From a virus (lineage: Duplodnaviria; Heunggongvirae; Uroviricota; Caudoviricetes), in the IMG/VR virus record IMGVR_UViG_2534681675_000028: DNA of 34,318 bases; one strand, 5' to 3'. The first letter of the stretch is position 1; every line of letters begins with the position of its first letter. Under the pieces are notes generated by a model, which was given only the letters and a program-made list of their open reading frames with translations, searched no databases and was not told the origin of the DNA. The position numbers and the translations under genes were made by a program. Shown in pieces: positions 17,217-26,223 of the stretch.

Positions 17217-17577
17217 TATTCAGCTGGTTATGGAGCGGTGGGGAGCATGGGCAGCAAGTAATCATGAAGATGTAACATGGTCCTCGATAGCTGCTGGTTT
17301 TAAAGGATTAATCCCGACTAAAGTGAAATCACGTCCTCAGTGTTCTGATGATGACGCCATGATAATTTGTGGCTGTATGGCACGATTAAACAAGAATAAT
17401 CAGTATTTGCACGATTTGTTGGTGGATTATTACGTAGGTGGAATGACATTTATGGCTCTTGCACGTAAGCATAGATGTTCTGATGGGCTTATTGGTAAAA
17501 GACTTTATAAAGCTGAAGGTATTATTGAAGGAATGCTTATGGCTCTGAATGTCCGGTTAGATATGGATATGCGGTAG
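17203..17577 (+). CDS. Q: Late-gene antiterminator Q (phage 21/82-type, QuuD-like)
   Basis: 124-aa ORF; [34 protein letters not shown]…[16 protein letters not shown] matches my recollection of QuuD. Confidence 0.85.
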   Translation: MMLRDIQLVMERWGAWAASNHEDVTWSSIAAGFKGLIPTKVKSRPQCSDDDAMIICGCMARLNKNNQYLHDLLVDYYVGGMTFMALARKHRCSDGLIGKRLYKAEGIIEGMLMALNVRLDMDMR

Positions 17578-17670
17578 GGATATATAGTGACGAGGGTTAT
17601 GTTTTCCGTGTTTATAATTAATATGTTTATTTTTTGATGGTCATGAATTTTATGGAAGGTAAACAAAATG

Positions 17671-17699
17671 TTGCCAGGTGAATTGAAAATATTGATAAT
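17671..17699 (+). promoter_or_regulatory. Sigma70-type promoter (TTGCCA, 17-bp spacer, GATAAT) downstream of Q: candidate late promoter pR' or cargo promoter
   Basis: Direct reading: -35 at 17671-17676, -10 at 17694-17699; about 30 bp upstream of the next start codon. Confidence 0.45.
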
Positions 17700-17730
17700 C
17701 AATCATCATCATTAAATAAAAGGAGTGTTT

Positions 17731-18549
17731 ATGTGGATTGTGTTAGCACTGTCACTGTCAACTCTCAGTTGGCATAAGGTAGTGGCTTTTTCATTGTTGA
17801 CGGTGTCTGTTGTCCTGGCTGTGCTTAATGATATTATTGATTGGCCGGTGTTGTTTTTTGTTGCTACAATCGTTTTTTTTATTATTTTGAAGTTCAACTG
17901 GAAATATAACGCCTGGGCTAAATCCATATATGAAGCTGGCATAGTTTTATCAGCCATAGCATTATCTTTCCATTTATGGCCAGGGTTTCACAATCCTGTA
18001 GTGCTAAAGTCTGTCACTGTCGGACCTCAAAGCACTCCCTATACAATGTATTTTAATTTTGATAAAGCGCTGGTGCCATTTTTGTTAGTCCTGTGTACAG
18101 CTTCTTTGTTTAAAAAAGAAGTGAAATCAGAAGTGTCTTTGTGGAAATGGGGGGCTCTGTTGCTCTCTGTTCCTCTTATACTGTTTTTGGCTGTTTTTTT
18201 TGGTGGGTTAAAGCCAGAGATTCATTTTCCAGAGTGGTTGCCAGAGTTTATATTGGCTAATTTGTTTTTTGTGTCTCTGGCAGAGGAGTCATTATTTAGA
18301 GGGTATATTCAATCACGGCTATCAGAAGTGACGTCTCCATTGGTTGCGTTAATTGTGGCGTCTTTGTTGTTTGGTTTTTATCACTATTCAGGTGGTGCTT
18401 TACTTGTATTATTTGCCACGTTATCTGGTGTTGTGTATGGATTGTCATGGATGTGGAGTGGGTGCTTGTGGGTGGCAACCCTTTTCCATTTTGGTCTGAA
18501 TCTGTGTCACTTGTTATTCTTTACCTATCCATTCTTAAAACATAATTGA
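17731..18549 (+). CDS. CPBP-family (CAAX protease / Abi, PF02517-type) intramembrane metalloprotease
   Basis: 272-aa polytopic ORF with AGGAG Shine-Dalgarno; conserved motifs EExxxR (AEESLFRGY), FxxxH (FGFYHY) and HxxxN (HFGLNLCH). Confidence 0.75.
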   Translation: MWIVLALSLSTLSWHKVVAFSLLTVSVVLAVLNDIIDWPVLFFVATIVFFIILKFNWKYNAWAKSIYEAGIVLSAIALSFHLWPGFHNPVVLKSVTVGPQSTPYTMYFNFDKALVPFLLVLCTASLFKKEVKSEVSLWKWGALLLSVPLILFLAVFFGGLKPEIHFPEWLPEFILANLFFVSLAEESLFRGYIQSRLSEVTSPLVALIVASLLFGFYHYSGGALLVLFATLSGVVYGLSWMWSGCLWVATLFHFGLNLCHLLFFTYPFLKHN

Positions 18550-18688
18550 TTTTTTTCTATGGCTTTAAATTTATAACACTGAAAAATAGCAGTATGTGAC
18601 ATTTGCATGAAAAATATGCACGGCAAAGCATTTACGTACGTAAAAAATCATGTATGCTTTTAAGAGTGGTTATTTCACCGCATAGCCT

Positions 18689-18714
18689 GAACCCGCCTCT
18701 GAGCGGGTTTTTTG
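18689..18714 (+). terminator. Rho-independent terminator after the CPBP gene
   Basis: ACCCGC-CTCTGA-GCGGGT followed by TTTTTTG. Confidence 0.65.
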
Positions 18715-18836
18715 TGCCCGCAAAGTAGCGCAGTGCGTTAAATGTGCTGGTAGTTATTAATACTGGTCTTTCTGCTTGCTGGCTTTTTAGACAAGAGTTA
18801 TTGGTATGTCACGTTAACCAGAAAAGGGAAAAAGAC

Positions 18837-19034
18837 ATGCTAAAACAGCAGGATATGACCGAAACCGCCAGAGTGGTGTTTAATGAATTAAGCGTCACCG
18901 AACCGGCGACCGTCGGGGAGATTGCGCAGAATACTTACCTTTCACGCGAGCGCTGCCAGTTAATACTGACTCAGCTTGTTATGGCGGGTCTGGCAGATTA
19001 TCAGTTCGGTTGTTACAGACGCCTTCCGCAGTGA
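18837..19034 (+). CDS. Small hypothetical protein, possibly winged-helix DNA-binding
   Basis: ORF 18744-19034 trimmed to the internal ATG (MLKQQDMTET…) preceded by AAGGGAA. Confidence 0.4.
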   Translation: MLKQQDMTETARVVFNELSVTEPATVGEIAQNTYLSRERCQLILTQLVMAGLADYQFGCYRRLPQ

Positions 19035-19184
19035 AGGCTTTTTAATTTGTGGTAATGGGCGGCTGGTGGGTGTTAGCGGCACCTGCCAGCCATCTGCTCA
19101 TGCGTTGGGGTCACAAGCAAACCTCAGGCCCATCTGCTTTGCGCAAAAGCGGTATGAGCCTATCAGAGAAGTGCTTATTGATCT

Positions 19185-19734
19185 ATGGCTAATACTGTAA
19201 AAATATCCAGCTGCGAGTTAATCAACGCTGATTTCCTGGAATTTATCCAGACCTTACCGGAAAACTCTGTCGATCTGATAGTCACAGACCCGCCATACTT
19301 TAAAGTGAAGCCCGAGGGCTGGGATAACCAGTGGAAGGGCGACGATGATTACCTGAAATGGCTGGATCAGTGTCTGGCGCAGTTCTGGTGGGTATTAAAA
19401 CCCGCCGGAAGTCTTTACCTGTTCTGTGGTCATCGCCTGGCATCTGATATCGAAATCATGATGCGTGAGCGCTTTAATGTGCTGAACCACATTATCTGGG
19501 CGAAGCCGTCCGGGCGCTGGAACGGGTGCAACAAGGAAAGCCTGCGGGCGTATTTCCCGGCAACAGAGCGCATTCTGTTTGCGTCCGGGAGATTTGGTTG
19601 CCGACTTTTTCATGGGGTCAGGCTCCATAATAAAAGCAGCGCTGGCACTTGGGGGCATGGCGTTAAGCGTTGAACTTGAGTCTGAACGTTTTGAGCATAC
19701 TGCGGGTGAAATAGTTACGTTGGCAGATAATTAA
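19185..19734 (+). pseudogene. DNA N6-adenine (beta-class) methyltransferase with an apparent frameshift near 19585
   Basis: N-terminal frame has DPPY (motif IV); the +1 frame downstream reads RPGDLVADFFMGSGSIIKAALALGG (motif I, FxGxG); the two frames do not join without an indel. Confidence 0.6.
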
Positions 19735-19848
19735 ATCACTGCACAATAAGCTAATGAATTGATGTTAACTTCCCGTATTATTGGGCTACTTCGAGAGAAA
19801 GGTGCATTACATTTCAGATGTATTTCATCTCACATCCGAGGAAGCAAT

Positions 19849-19924
<76 letters not shown>

Positions 19925-19927
19925 TAT

Positions 19928-20002
<75 letters not shown>

Positions 20003-20281
20003 ACATTTGATAGAGGCGTATTGCAGCACTGGCGTATTTTTATTACGTGAGGACAGATTGTTTTTTTAGGAACTCTCAGTTTTCGGGCTATGTTTTGAGG
20101 CCAGGTTAGCCTCAGTGCTGATTTTTTACAATACCGGAATGGTGCATTATTGGTTGGGTTACGTAGTGAGCCCTATGGCAGGTACCGGTGATGCACCATT
20201 CCGATGTTGTAAACATCACTTAGAGTAAGTTATAGAACAATTTGCTACTAAGTAAAACCTGAAACCTGGGAATACATCTTT

Positions 20282-20307
20282 ACCGCCACACTTGGCGGTT
20301 TTTTTTT
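20282..20307 (+). terminator. Strong Rho-independent terminator downstream of the tRNA pair
   Basis: ACCGCC-ACACTT-GGCGGT followed by a T9 run. Confidence 0.7.
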
Positions 20308-20405
20308 ATTCTGTTTTTTCATGGCTCGCTACGGCGGCCTTTTTCATGTATACCCTGGCGGTTATTATGATGGCTTGTTTATTTGTTCATAAGAGGATTG
20401 ATACA

Positions 20406-20888
20406 GTGGTCACTTATGCTGATATCAGGGCAAAACGGGCCGAAATACTGAAAGCTAAGCAGGAATACATTCAGCGGTTGCGGGATACAGCCACAAGGCT
20501 GGTCAATGCCTATGAGTCTTCACTGGCGTTGCCGGAACTGCAATGGCGAGACATTGAGGGTGAGTTACATCCTTACGTCTATATTTGCTTCAATGGCTTC
20601 AGTGTCCGACCGGAGGATTTGCAGGTAGACCTTAGGGACGGAGTTGCGTTTAAATTATACACAGTTGTTGATGACAATCCCCGCCAGTCTGCAAGTATGG
20701 AAGTTGGTGTAAAGATTGTGCTGCTTGATGGCGATAACCTGACGATTTCAGTTAATGGTTATGGGGACAGAACATTTTCGCACGTAGATACCGATGCAAA
20801 AATTAACGAGGTATGCGAGTTCATCAAAGACAGTATTTTAATGTCGATGAATGATGTGAATTTGGCAAAGCATCTCTGCCGAAGATAG
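20406..20888 (+). CDS. Hypothetical cargo protein in the slot between the tRNAs and the lysis cassette; start uncertain
   Basis: ORF 20292-20888 in the track begins inside the terminator; GTG 20406 has an AAGAGGA Shine-Dalgarno; an alternative ATG at 20346 would add an N-terminal hydrophobic segment but has no Shine-Dalgarno. Confidence 0.4.
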   Translation: MVTYADIRAKRAEILKAKQEYIQRLRDTATRLVNAYESSLALPELQWRDIEGELHPYVYICFNGFSVRPEDLQVDLRDGVAFKLYTVVDDNPRQSASMEVGVKIVLLDGDNLTISVNGYGDRTFSHVDTDAKINEVCEFIKDSILMSMNDVNLAKHLCRR

Positions 20889-21098
20889 AAGGCAGGAGTC
20901 GTAAAAAGGAATCGTTCGAAAATCTCAGAATCACCAGGCTGCGCATTTGCGTGGCCTTTTTTGTATCCGCGCCACGCCCGGCGCATATCAAAAACCACAG
21001 AGCCTTTCAGGGGTGAGCTTACGGGATGGTCAGTGTGACTTTCTCTGTGGGCTGGTCACCCCCGGGCGCAGGCTCACCCACTAAAAGGAAAAGTCACG

Positions 21099-21524
21099 AT
21101 GTTTGGTATTTTCAAAAAGAAAACACGCAAGGCCATTACCGAAGTGAAGAAGATGGAGAACCGCGACGCAGTGGAGGCGACCGTCTGGGGTGCGTATTCC
21201 ATTGCATACGCTGACGACACCTGTGACTCGAAAGAAATCGCGGTACTGGAGAAAACCATTGCAGCACTTCCTGCCTTTGCGCCGTTCTCCGGTGAGATTG
21301 CACAAATGAGTGCAAATATCCGCGCCCGTTATGAAGCGTCGCCGCGCTCTGCCAATGCTGAAGCCCTTCGCCAGCTGGCTGATGTCGCCGGTACTGATGA
21401 CGCAGTGAATGTGCTGTGCCTGTGTCTGGATATTGCAGACCAGGATGGCATTGGGCCGGAGGAAGAAGTACAGCTCAAGAAAATTGCTCAGGCGCTTCAG
21501 TTACCGCTGGAGCAGTACCTGTGA
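21099..21524 (+). CDS. TerB-like (tellurite-resistance TerB / DjlA N-terminal domain family) protein
   Basis: 141-aa ORF; family assignment by recollection of prophage TerB-family proteins. Confidence 0.5.
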   Translation: MFGIFKKKTRKAITEVKKMENRDAVEATVWGAYSIAYADDTCDSKEIAVLEKTIAALPAFAPFSGEIAQMSANIRARYEASPRSANAEALRQLADVAGTDDAVNVLCLCLDIADQDGIGPEEEVQLKKIAQALQLPLEQYL

Positions 21525-21673
21525 AAAGTGCGCGCCTTGTACTGGCTGCCATCCTGCTGTTTCTGGTAGTGGTGGTGGATTTTACCGGACGGCTGATGTC
21601 GGTACTGGCAGATGGTGTGCTGGTGGTGATGGTGTTGGTCGTGCTCCGGCCTTTACTGCGCAAATCTGAATAA
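21521..21673 (+). CDS. Small hydrophobic protein (50 aa, two hydrophobic stretches), apparently translationally coupled to the TerB-like gene
   Basis: GTG start overlaps the TerB-like stop (GTGA); LVLAAILLFLVVVV and GVLVVMVLVVL segments; under 60 aa from its start. Confidence 0.35.
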   Translation: MKSARLVLAAILLFLVVVVDFTGRLMSVLADGVLVVMVLVVLRPLLRKSE

Positions 21674-21723
21674 CACCACGCAAAAGGCATCTGCGGGTGC
21701 CTTTGATTGGGTGTTGTTTTTAC

Positions 21724-21748
21724 GGGCCGCTGGTGGCCTTTTTTGTTT
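21724..21748 (+). terminator. Putative intrinsic terminator upstream of the holin gene
   Basis: GGCC-GCTGGT-GGCC hairpin followed by TTTTTTGTTT; preceded by a second 7-bp hairpin at 21683-21704. Confidence 0.4.
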
Positions 21749-21784
21749 CCATTATACAACGCCCGCATCTGCGAGGTGGGGGTT

Positions 21785-22000
21785 ATGAAATCCATGGACA
21801 AAATTTCAACGGGCATTGCCTATGGCACCTCCGCAGGCAGTGCTGGCTACTGGTTTTTACAGTGGCTTGATCAGGTCAGTCCGTCACAGTGGGCTGCGAT
21901 TGGTGTATTAGGGAGTCTGGTTCTGGGCTTCCTGACTTATCTGACAAATCTGTACTTCAAAATAAGAGAAGACAGAAGAAAGGCTGCGAGAGGTGAATAA
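21785..22000 (+). CDS. S: Class II holin of phage 21 type (S21-like pinholin) with dual-start motif MKSMDK
   Basis: [71 protein letters not shown] matches my recollection of S21; GAGGTG Shine-Dalgarno. Confidence 0.85.
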   Translation: MKSMDKISTGIAYGTSAGSAGYWFLQWLDQVSPSQWAAIGVLGSLVLGFLTYLTNLYFKIREDRRKAARGE

Positions 22001-22497
22001 TGCCTCCATCATTACGAAAAGCCGTTGCTGCTGCTATTGGTGGCGGGGCTATTGCTATAGCATCTGTGTTAATCACTGGTCCAGGTGGTAACGATGGTCT
22101 GGAAGGTGTCAGTTACATACCATACAAAGATATTGTTGGTGTATGGACTGTATGCCACGGACACACCGGAAAAGACATCATGCTCGGTAAAACGTATACC
22201 GAAGCAGAATGCAAAGCCCTCCTGAATAAAGACCTTTCCACGGTCGCCAGACAAATTACCCCGTACATCAAAGTCGATATACCAGAAACAACGCGCGGCG
22301 CTCTTTACTCATTCGTCTATAACGTGGGTGCTGGAAATTTCAGAACATCGACTCTTCTTCGCAAAATAAACCAGGGTGATATCAAAGGCGCATGTGATCA
22401 GCTACGGCGCTGGACATACGCTGGCGGTAAGCAATGGAAAGGGCTGATGACCCGTCGTGATATTGAGCGTGAAGTCTGTTTGTGGGGGCAGCAATGA
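22000..22497 (+). CDS. R: SAR endolysin (lysozyme, R21-like) with N-terminal signal-anchor-release segment
   Basis: 165-aa ORF whose start overlaps the holin stop; hydrophobic Gly/Ala-rich N-terminus ([20 protein letters not shown]); lysozyme-like body. Confidence 0.8.
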   Translation: MPPSLRKAVAAAIGGGAIAIASVLITGPGGNDGLEGVSYIPYKDIVGVWTVCHGHTGKDIMLGKTYTEAECKALLNKDLSTVARQITPYIKVDIPETTRGALYSFVYNVGAGNFRTSTLLRKINQGDIKGACDQLRRWTYAGGKQWKGLMTRRDIEREVCLWGQQ

Positions 22498-22961
22498 GCA
22501 GAGTAACCGCGATTATCTCCGCTCTGATTATCTGCATCGTCGTCTGTCTGTCGTGGGCGGTCAATCATTACCGTGATAACGCCATCGCCTACAAAGAACA
22601 GCGTGATAAAAAAGTCAGTGAGCTGAAGCAGGCGACTGCCACCATCGCTGACATGCAGCAGCGTCAGCGTGATGTTGCTGCGCTCGATGCAAAGTACTCG
22701 AGAGAATTAGCCAATGCGCAAGCTGAAAATGAAACTCTGCGTGCTGATGTTACCGCTGGTCGTAAGCGCCTGCGGATCAACGCCACCTGTCCAGGCTCCG
22801 TGCGTGAAGCCACCGCCACCGCCCGCGTGGGCAATGATGCCAGCGTCGAACTCTCTCCAGTTGCTGGACGAAACGTTCTCGGTATCAGAGACGGAATCAT
22901 CAGCGACCAGGCAGCATTGAGAACGCTTCAGGAATATATCCGTACTCAGTGCCTGAAATAG
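22494..22961 (+). CDS. Rz: Rz i-spanin
   Basis: Start ATG overlaps the endolysin stop (ATGA); N-terminal transmembrane segment then coiled-coil-like body. Confidence 0.75.
   Translation: MSRVTAIISALIICIVVCLSWAVNHYRDNAIAYKEQRDKKVSELKQATATIADMQQRQRDVAALDAKYSRELANAQAENETLRADVTAGRKRLRINATCPGSVREATATARVGNDASVELSPVAGRNVLGIRDGIISDQAALRTLQEYIRTQCLK
22714..22920 (+). CDS. Rz1: Rz1 o-spanin lipoprotein embedded in the +1 frame of Rz
   Basis: [22 protein letters not shown]… has a lipobox followed by a proline-rich stretch ([10 protein letters not shown]), resembling lambda Rz1. Confidence 0.75.
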   Translation: MRKLKMKLCVLMLPLVVSACGSTPPVQAPCVKPPPPPAWAMMPASNSLQLLDETFSVSETESSATRQH

Positions 22962-23417
22962 TTTTTTCAATGCGTTGTATCGTCGCCGTATTTCCGCATT
23001 AACAGAGACCGCAGCCCTATGGGGAGACTCCTCTGCGCGAGTGTGCGGGGATAATCAAAAACGATACACACCGGGGTTTACTGCGTTAACGGAGCGCGGC
23101 GTTGTCCCCTCATAGTCGCCTGGCCGGTGCGATGGTGGAAGAAACCGGAACACATTACAAAATGATAACAATTATCATTTTTCGGGTCCTCCTGGCGGGG
23201 TGGGCCTGTACACGGGGCGGGTCGGCGCGGAAAAAAGCGCATTTTTGTGATTTTATCGTCATCATCATCATGTATGTAAACTGTTGTTTTTAATGTAATT
23301 GATACAAAAAAGATGATGGTTGTGGCCAATTTTTGTTCGACATCTTTGTGTGGCGGCATTTCTTTACAAAAAAAACAGAATCACTTCTGTTCAGAGGGGT
23401 ATGTGGAGGAGGCGTAG

Positions 23418-23894
23418 ATGGACGGCGAGCTGAAAAATATGAAGTTAAATATTAATCAACTGGCAGCCCTTTCAGGCCTGCACCGGCAGACCGTTACCGC
23501 AAGAATGGCGGATGTTCCTCTTGCTCCGGGCAGTAATGAGAAGAAAAAACTTTATCTCCTGACGGACCTGATTACTGCGCTGCTGGCAAAAACACCATCT
23601 ACCGAAGATGAGGAGATGAATCCACACGATCGCAAGGCATGGTATCAGTCCGAGCGCGAGCGTCTTAAATTTCAGCATGAAACTGTTCAGCTTGTCCCTG
23701 TCAGTGATGTCAGGCGGTCGTTTTCCGTCGTGGTGAAAGCCATTGTGCAGATACTGGAAACCTGGCCTGACAGGCTGGAGAGGGACAGGGGGTGGACTGC
23801 ATCACAACTGAACGAAGTGCAGATCGTTGTTGATGAGATCCGTGACACGCTGGAAAAGGCAGTGATTGCCTGCTGTGATGAGGCTGATATGTGA
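23418..23894 (+). CDS. Terminase small subunit
   Basis: 158-aa ORF with GGAGGAGG Shine-Dalgarno, immediately upstream of and overlapping the large terminase. Confidence 0.65.
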   Translation: MDGELKNMKLNINQLAALSGLHRQTVTARMADVPLAPGSNEKKKLYLLTDLITALLAKTPSTEDEEMNPHDRKAWYQSERERLKFQHETVQLVPVSDVRRSFSVVVKAIVQILETWPDRLERDRGWTASQLNEVQIVVDEIRDTLEKAVIACCDEADM

Positions 23895-26014
23895 ATCCGG
23901 TTAACGAGTGCCATAGCCGCGCATCCGATATCTGGCGCGAAGTGGCCTCGCTGTTTCGCCCGCCTGGCCGGTTACCAGTAGCGGAAGCCATCAGGCGTTA
24001 TATGCGGGTACCACGGGGAGCCAACACTTCAGGTCCGTGGGAGTCATCGCTGACGCCCTATATGATTGACCCCATTAATACATTATCAGCCCGTGAATAT
24101 GACGCGGTGGTGTTTGTCGGACCGGCGCGAACCGGGAAAACCGAAGGGCTGATTGATGGCTGGATTGTGTACGGCATCATCTGTGATCCGGCGGATATGC
24201 TGGTGGTGCAGATGACTGAGACGAAGGCGCGTGAGCATTCCAGAACGCGTCTTTCCAGGACGTTTCGCCACAGTCCGGAGGTCAGTAAGCGCCTCAGTCC
24301 TTCCCGTAATGACAACAACGTCCACGACAAAATGTTTCTTGACGGCTCATTCCTGAAAATTGGCTGGCCGTCGATCACCGTATTTTCCTCCTCGGATTAC
24401 CGTCGTGTGGCGCTGACGGATTATGACCGTTTTCCTGAGAACGTCGACGGTGAAGGGGATGCCTTCACGCTGGCATCAAAGCGTACCACCACCTTTATGT
24501 CCTCGGGGATGACCCTGGTCGAAAGTTCGCCCGGGCGGGATATCACCGATACCAAATGGCGTTGTGGTGGCGCACATGAGGCACCGCCAACAACGGGGAT
24601 CCTGTCACTGTATAACCGGGGAGACCGCCGCCGGTGGTACTGGCCGTGTCCGCACTGCGGGGAATATTTTCAGCCGGTGATGGATAACATGACCGGTTAC
24701 CGGAATAACCCTGATTTTGTGGCTGCCGGGCAGGCGGCCCGCCTGATGTGTCCGCACTGCCGCGGCCTGATTGCTCCGGAACAGAAGCGTGAACTGAATA
24801 ACCAGGGGATCTGGCTGCGGGAAGGCGAACGGGCAGCGGCGGATGGCAGTATTACCGGAACCCCTCGAAATTCCAGAATAGCAAGTTTCTGGATGGAGGG
24901 GCCGGCAGCGGCGTTTCAGACCTGGGAACAACTGATTTTTAAGCTGCTGGCGGCAGAAGAAGAGTATGAGCGAACCGGCAGTGAAGAGACCCTGAAAGCG
25001 GTGGTAAACACCGATATCGGACGACCCTATCTGCCCCGTTCAGCCACGGAACAGCGTAAAAGTGAACTGCTTGAACAGCGTGCCGAGCCGTTTCCCCGGC
25101 GATCTGTGCCGGATGGTGTGCGTTTTATTGAGGCAACGGTTGACGTACAGGGCGGTAAAAATCGCCGTTTTGTTGTGCAGATCACCGGATACGGAGAACA
25201 GGGGGAACGCTGGATTGTTGATCGCTACAACATCCGGCATTCACTGCGCTGCAGTCCCAATGGTGAAAGTCTGCCGGTTGATCCGGCGGCATATCCGGAG
25301 GACTGGGATTTGTTGCTGACGGATGTGCTCCATAAAACATGGCCGCTGGCTTCTGATCCGGATGTGCGCATGCGTCTGATGGCCATGGCGGTGGATACGG
25401 GAGGGGAAGCCGGGGTGACAGATAATGCCTATCGTTTCTGGCGTCGTTGCCGGAGTGACGGACTGAGCAACAGGGTGTTTCTGTTCAAGGGGGATGGTCT
25501 TCGCCGTGACAGGCTGATTAACCGTACCTTCCCGGATAATACCGGCAGAAGTGCCCGCCGTGCCAGAGCCAGTGGCGATGTCGCGCTGTGGCTGGTTCAG
25601 ACGGATGCGTTTAAGGACCGTGTAAATAATGCCCTGTGGCGTGACACACCAGGGCCGAACTATATCCACTTTCCCGACTGGCTGGGGCGGTGGTTTTACG
25701 ATGAGCTGACCTATGAAGAGCGCGGCAGTGACGGAAAATGGCGAAAACCGGGCAGGGGCGCTAACGAGGCGTTTGACCTGCTGGTGTATGCGGATGCGCT
25801 TGCCGTTCTGCATGGTTACGAAAAGATCCGCTGGCCCTCCGCACCGGACTGGGCACAGCGGGAAACGTGGCTCGTTTTTCCGCAGGAGCGTTCTGGTGAA
25901 ACGGCATCCCCGGAACTGACGGCCGGGGCAGAAAAACGCCGTCGTCGGAAGAAAAAACTGCGGACGGAGCGTGCGGAAGATAATCCATGGATAACATCAG
26001 GAGGCTGGTTGTGA
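23891..26014 (+). CDS. Terminase large subunit (lambda gpA family)
   Basis: 707-aa ORF; Walker A GPARTGKT; size and position as lambda A. Confidence 0.85.
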   Translation: MNPVNECHSRASDIWREVASLFRPPGRLPVAEAIRRYMRVPRGANTSGPWESSLTPYMIDPINTLSAREYDAVVFVGPARTGKTEGLIDGWIVYGIICDPADMLVVQMTETKAREHSRTRLSRTFRHSPEVSKRLSPSRNDNNVHDKMFLDGSFLKIGWPSITVFSSSDYRRVALTDYDRFPENVDGEGDAFTLASKRTTTFMSSGMTLVESSPGRDITDTKWRCGGAHEAPPTTGILSLYNRGDRRRWYWPCPHCGEYFQPVMDNMTGYRNNPDFVAAGQAARLMCPHCRGLIAPEQKRELNNQGIWLREGERAAADGSITGTPRNSRIASFWMEGPAAAFQTWEQLIFKLLAAEEEYERTGSEETLKAVVNTDIGRPYLPRSATEQRKSELLEQRAEPFPRRSVPDGVRFIEATVDVQGGKNRRFVVQITGYGEQGERWIVDRYNIRHSLRCSPNGESLPVDPAAYPEDWDLLLTDVLHKTWPLASDPDVRMRLMAMAVDTGGEAGVTDNAYRFWRRCRSDGLSNRVFLFKGDGLRRDRLINRTFPDNTGRSARRARASGDVALWLVQTDAFKDRVNNALWRDTPGPNYIHFPDWLGRWFYDELTYEERGSDGKWRKPGRGANEAFDLLVYADALAVLHGYEKIRWPSAPDWAQRETWLVFPQERSGETASPELTAGAEKRRRRKKKLRTERAEDNPWITSGGWL

Positions 26015-26223
26015 GCACAGAAGAAGCCAGAGAAATGATACAGCGGTACCGTGAAGCGGAAATGGCCGTACTGGAGGGGAAGTCTGTCACCTTCAACGGA
26101 CAGCAACTGACGCTGGAAAGCCTTTCTCAGATCCGCGCCGGACGTCAGGAGTGGGAACGCAGGCTTGCCGCGATGGTGAGCCGCAGGCGGGGAAAACCGG
26201 GATTTAAACTGGCGAGGTTTTAA
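26011..26223 (+). CDS. Head-tail joining protein (lambda gpW-like)
   Basis: GTG 26011 with AGGAGG Shine-Dalgarno, overlapping the terminase stop; about 70 aa ending RRRGKPGF…, like lambda W; the track ATG at 25987 lacks a Shine-Dalgarno. Confidence 0.55.
   Translation: MSTEEAREMIQRYREAEMAVLEGKSVTFNGQQLTLESLSQIRAGRQEWERRLAAMVSRRRGKPGFKLARF

Noticed and set aside
20003-20281. A third tRNA downstream of tRNA-Gly, as in the ileZ-argN-argO triplets of Stx phages
   Set aside because: No T-loop (GTTCGA-type) motif or cloverleaf could be found by eye; the region holds hairpins and an inverted repeat instead
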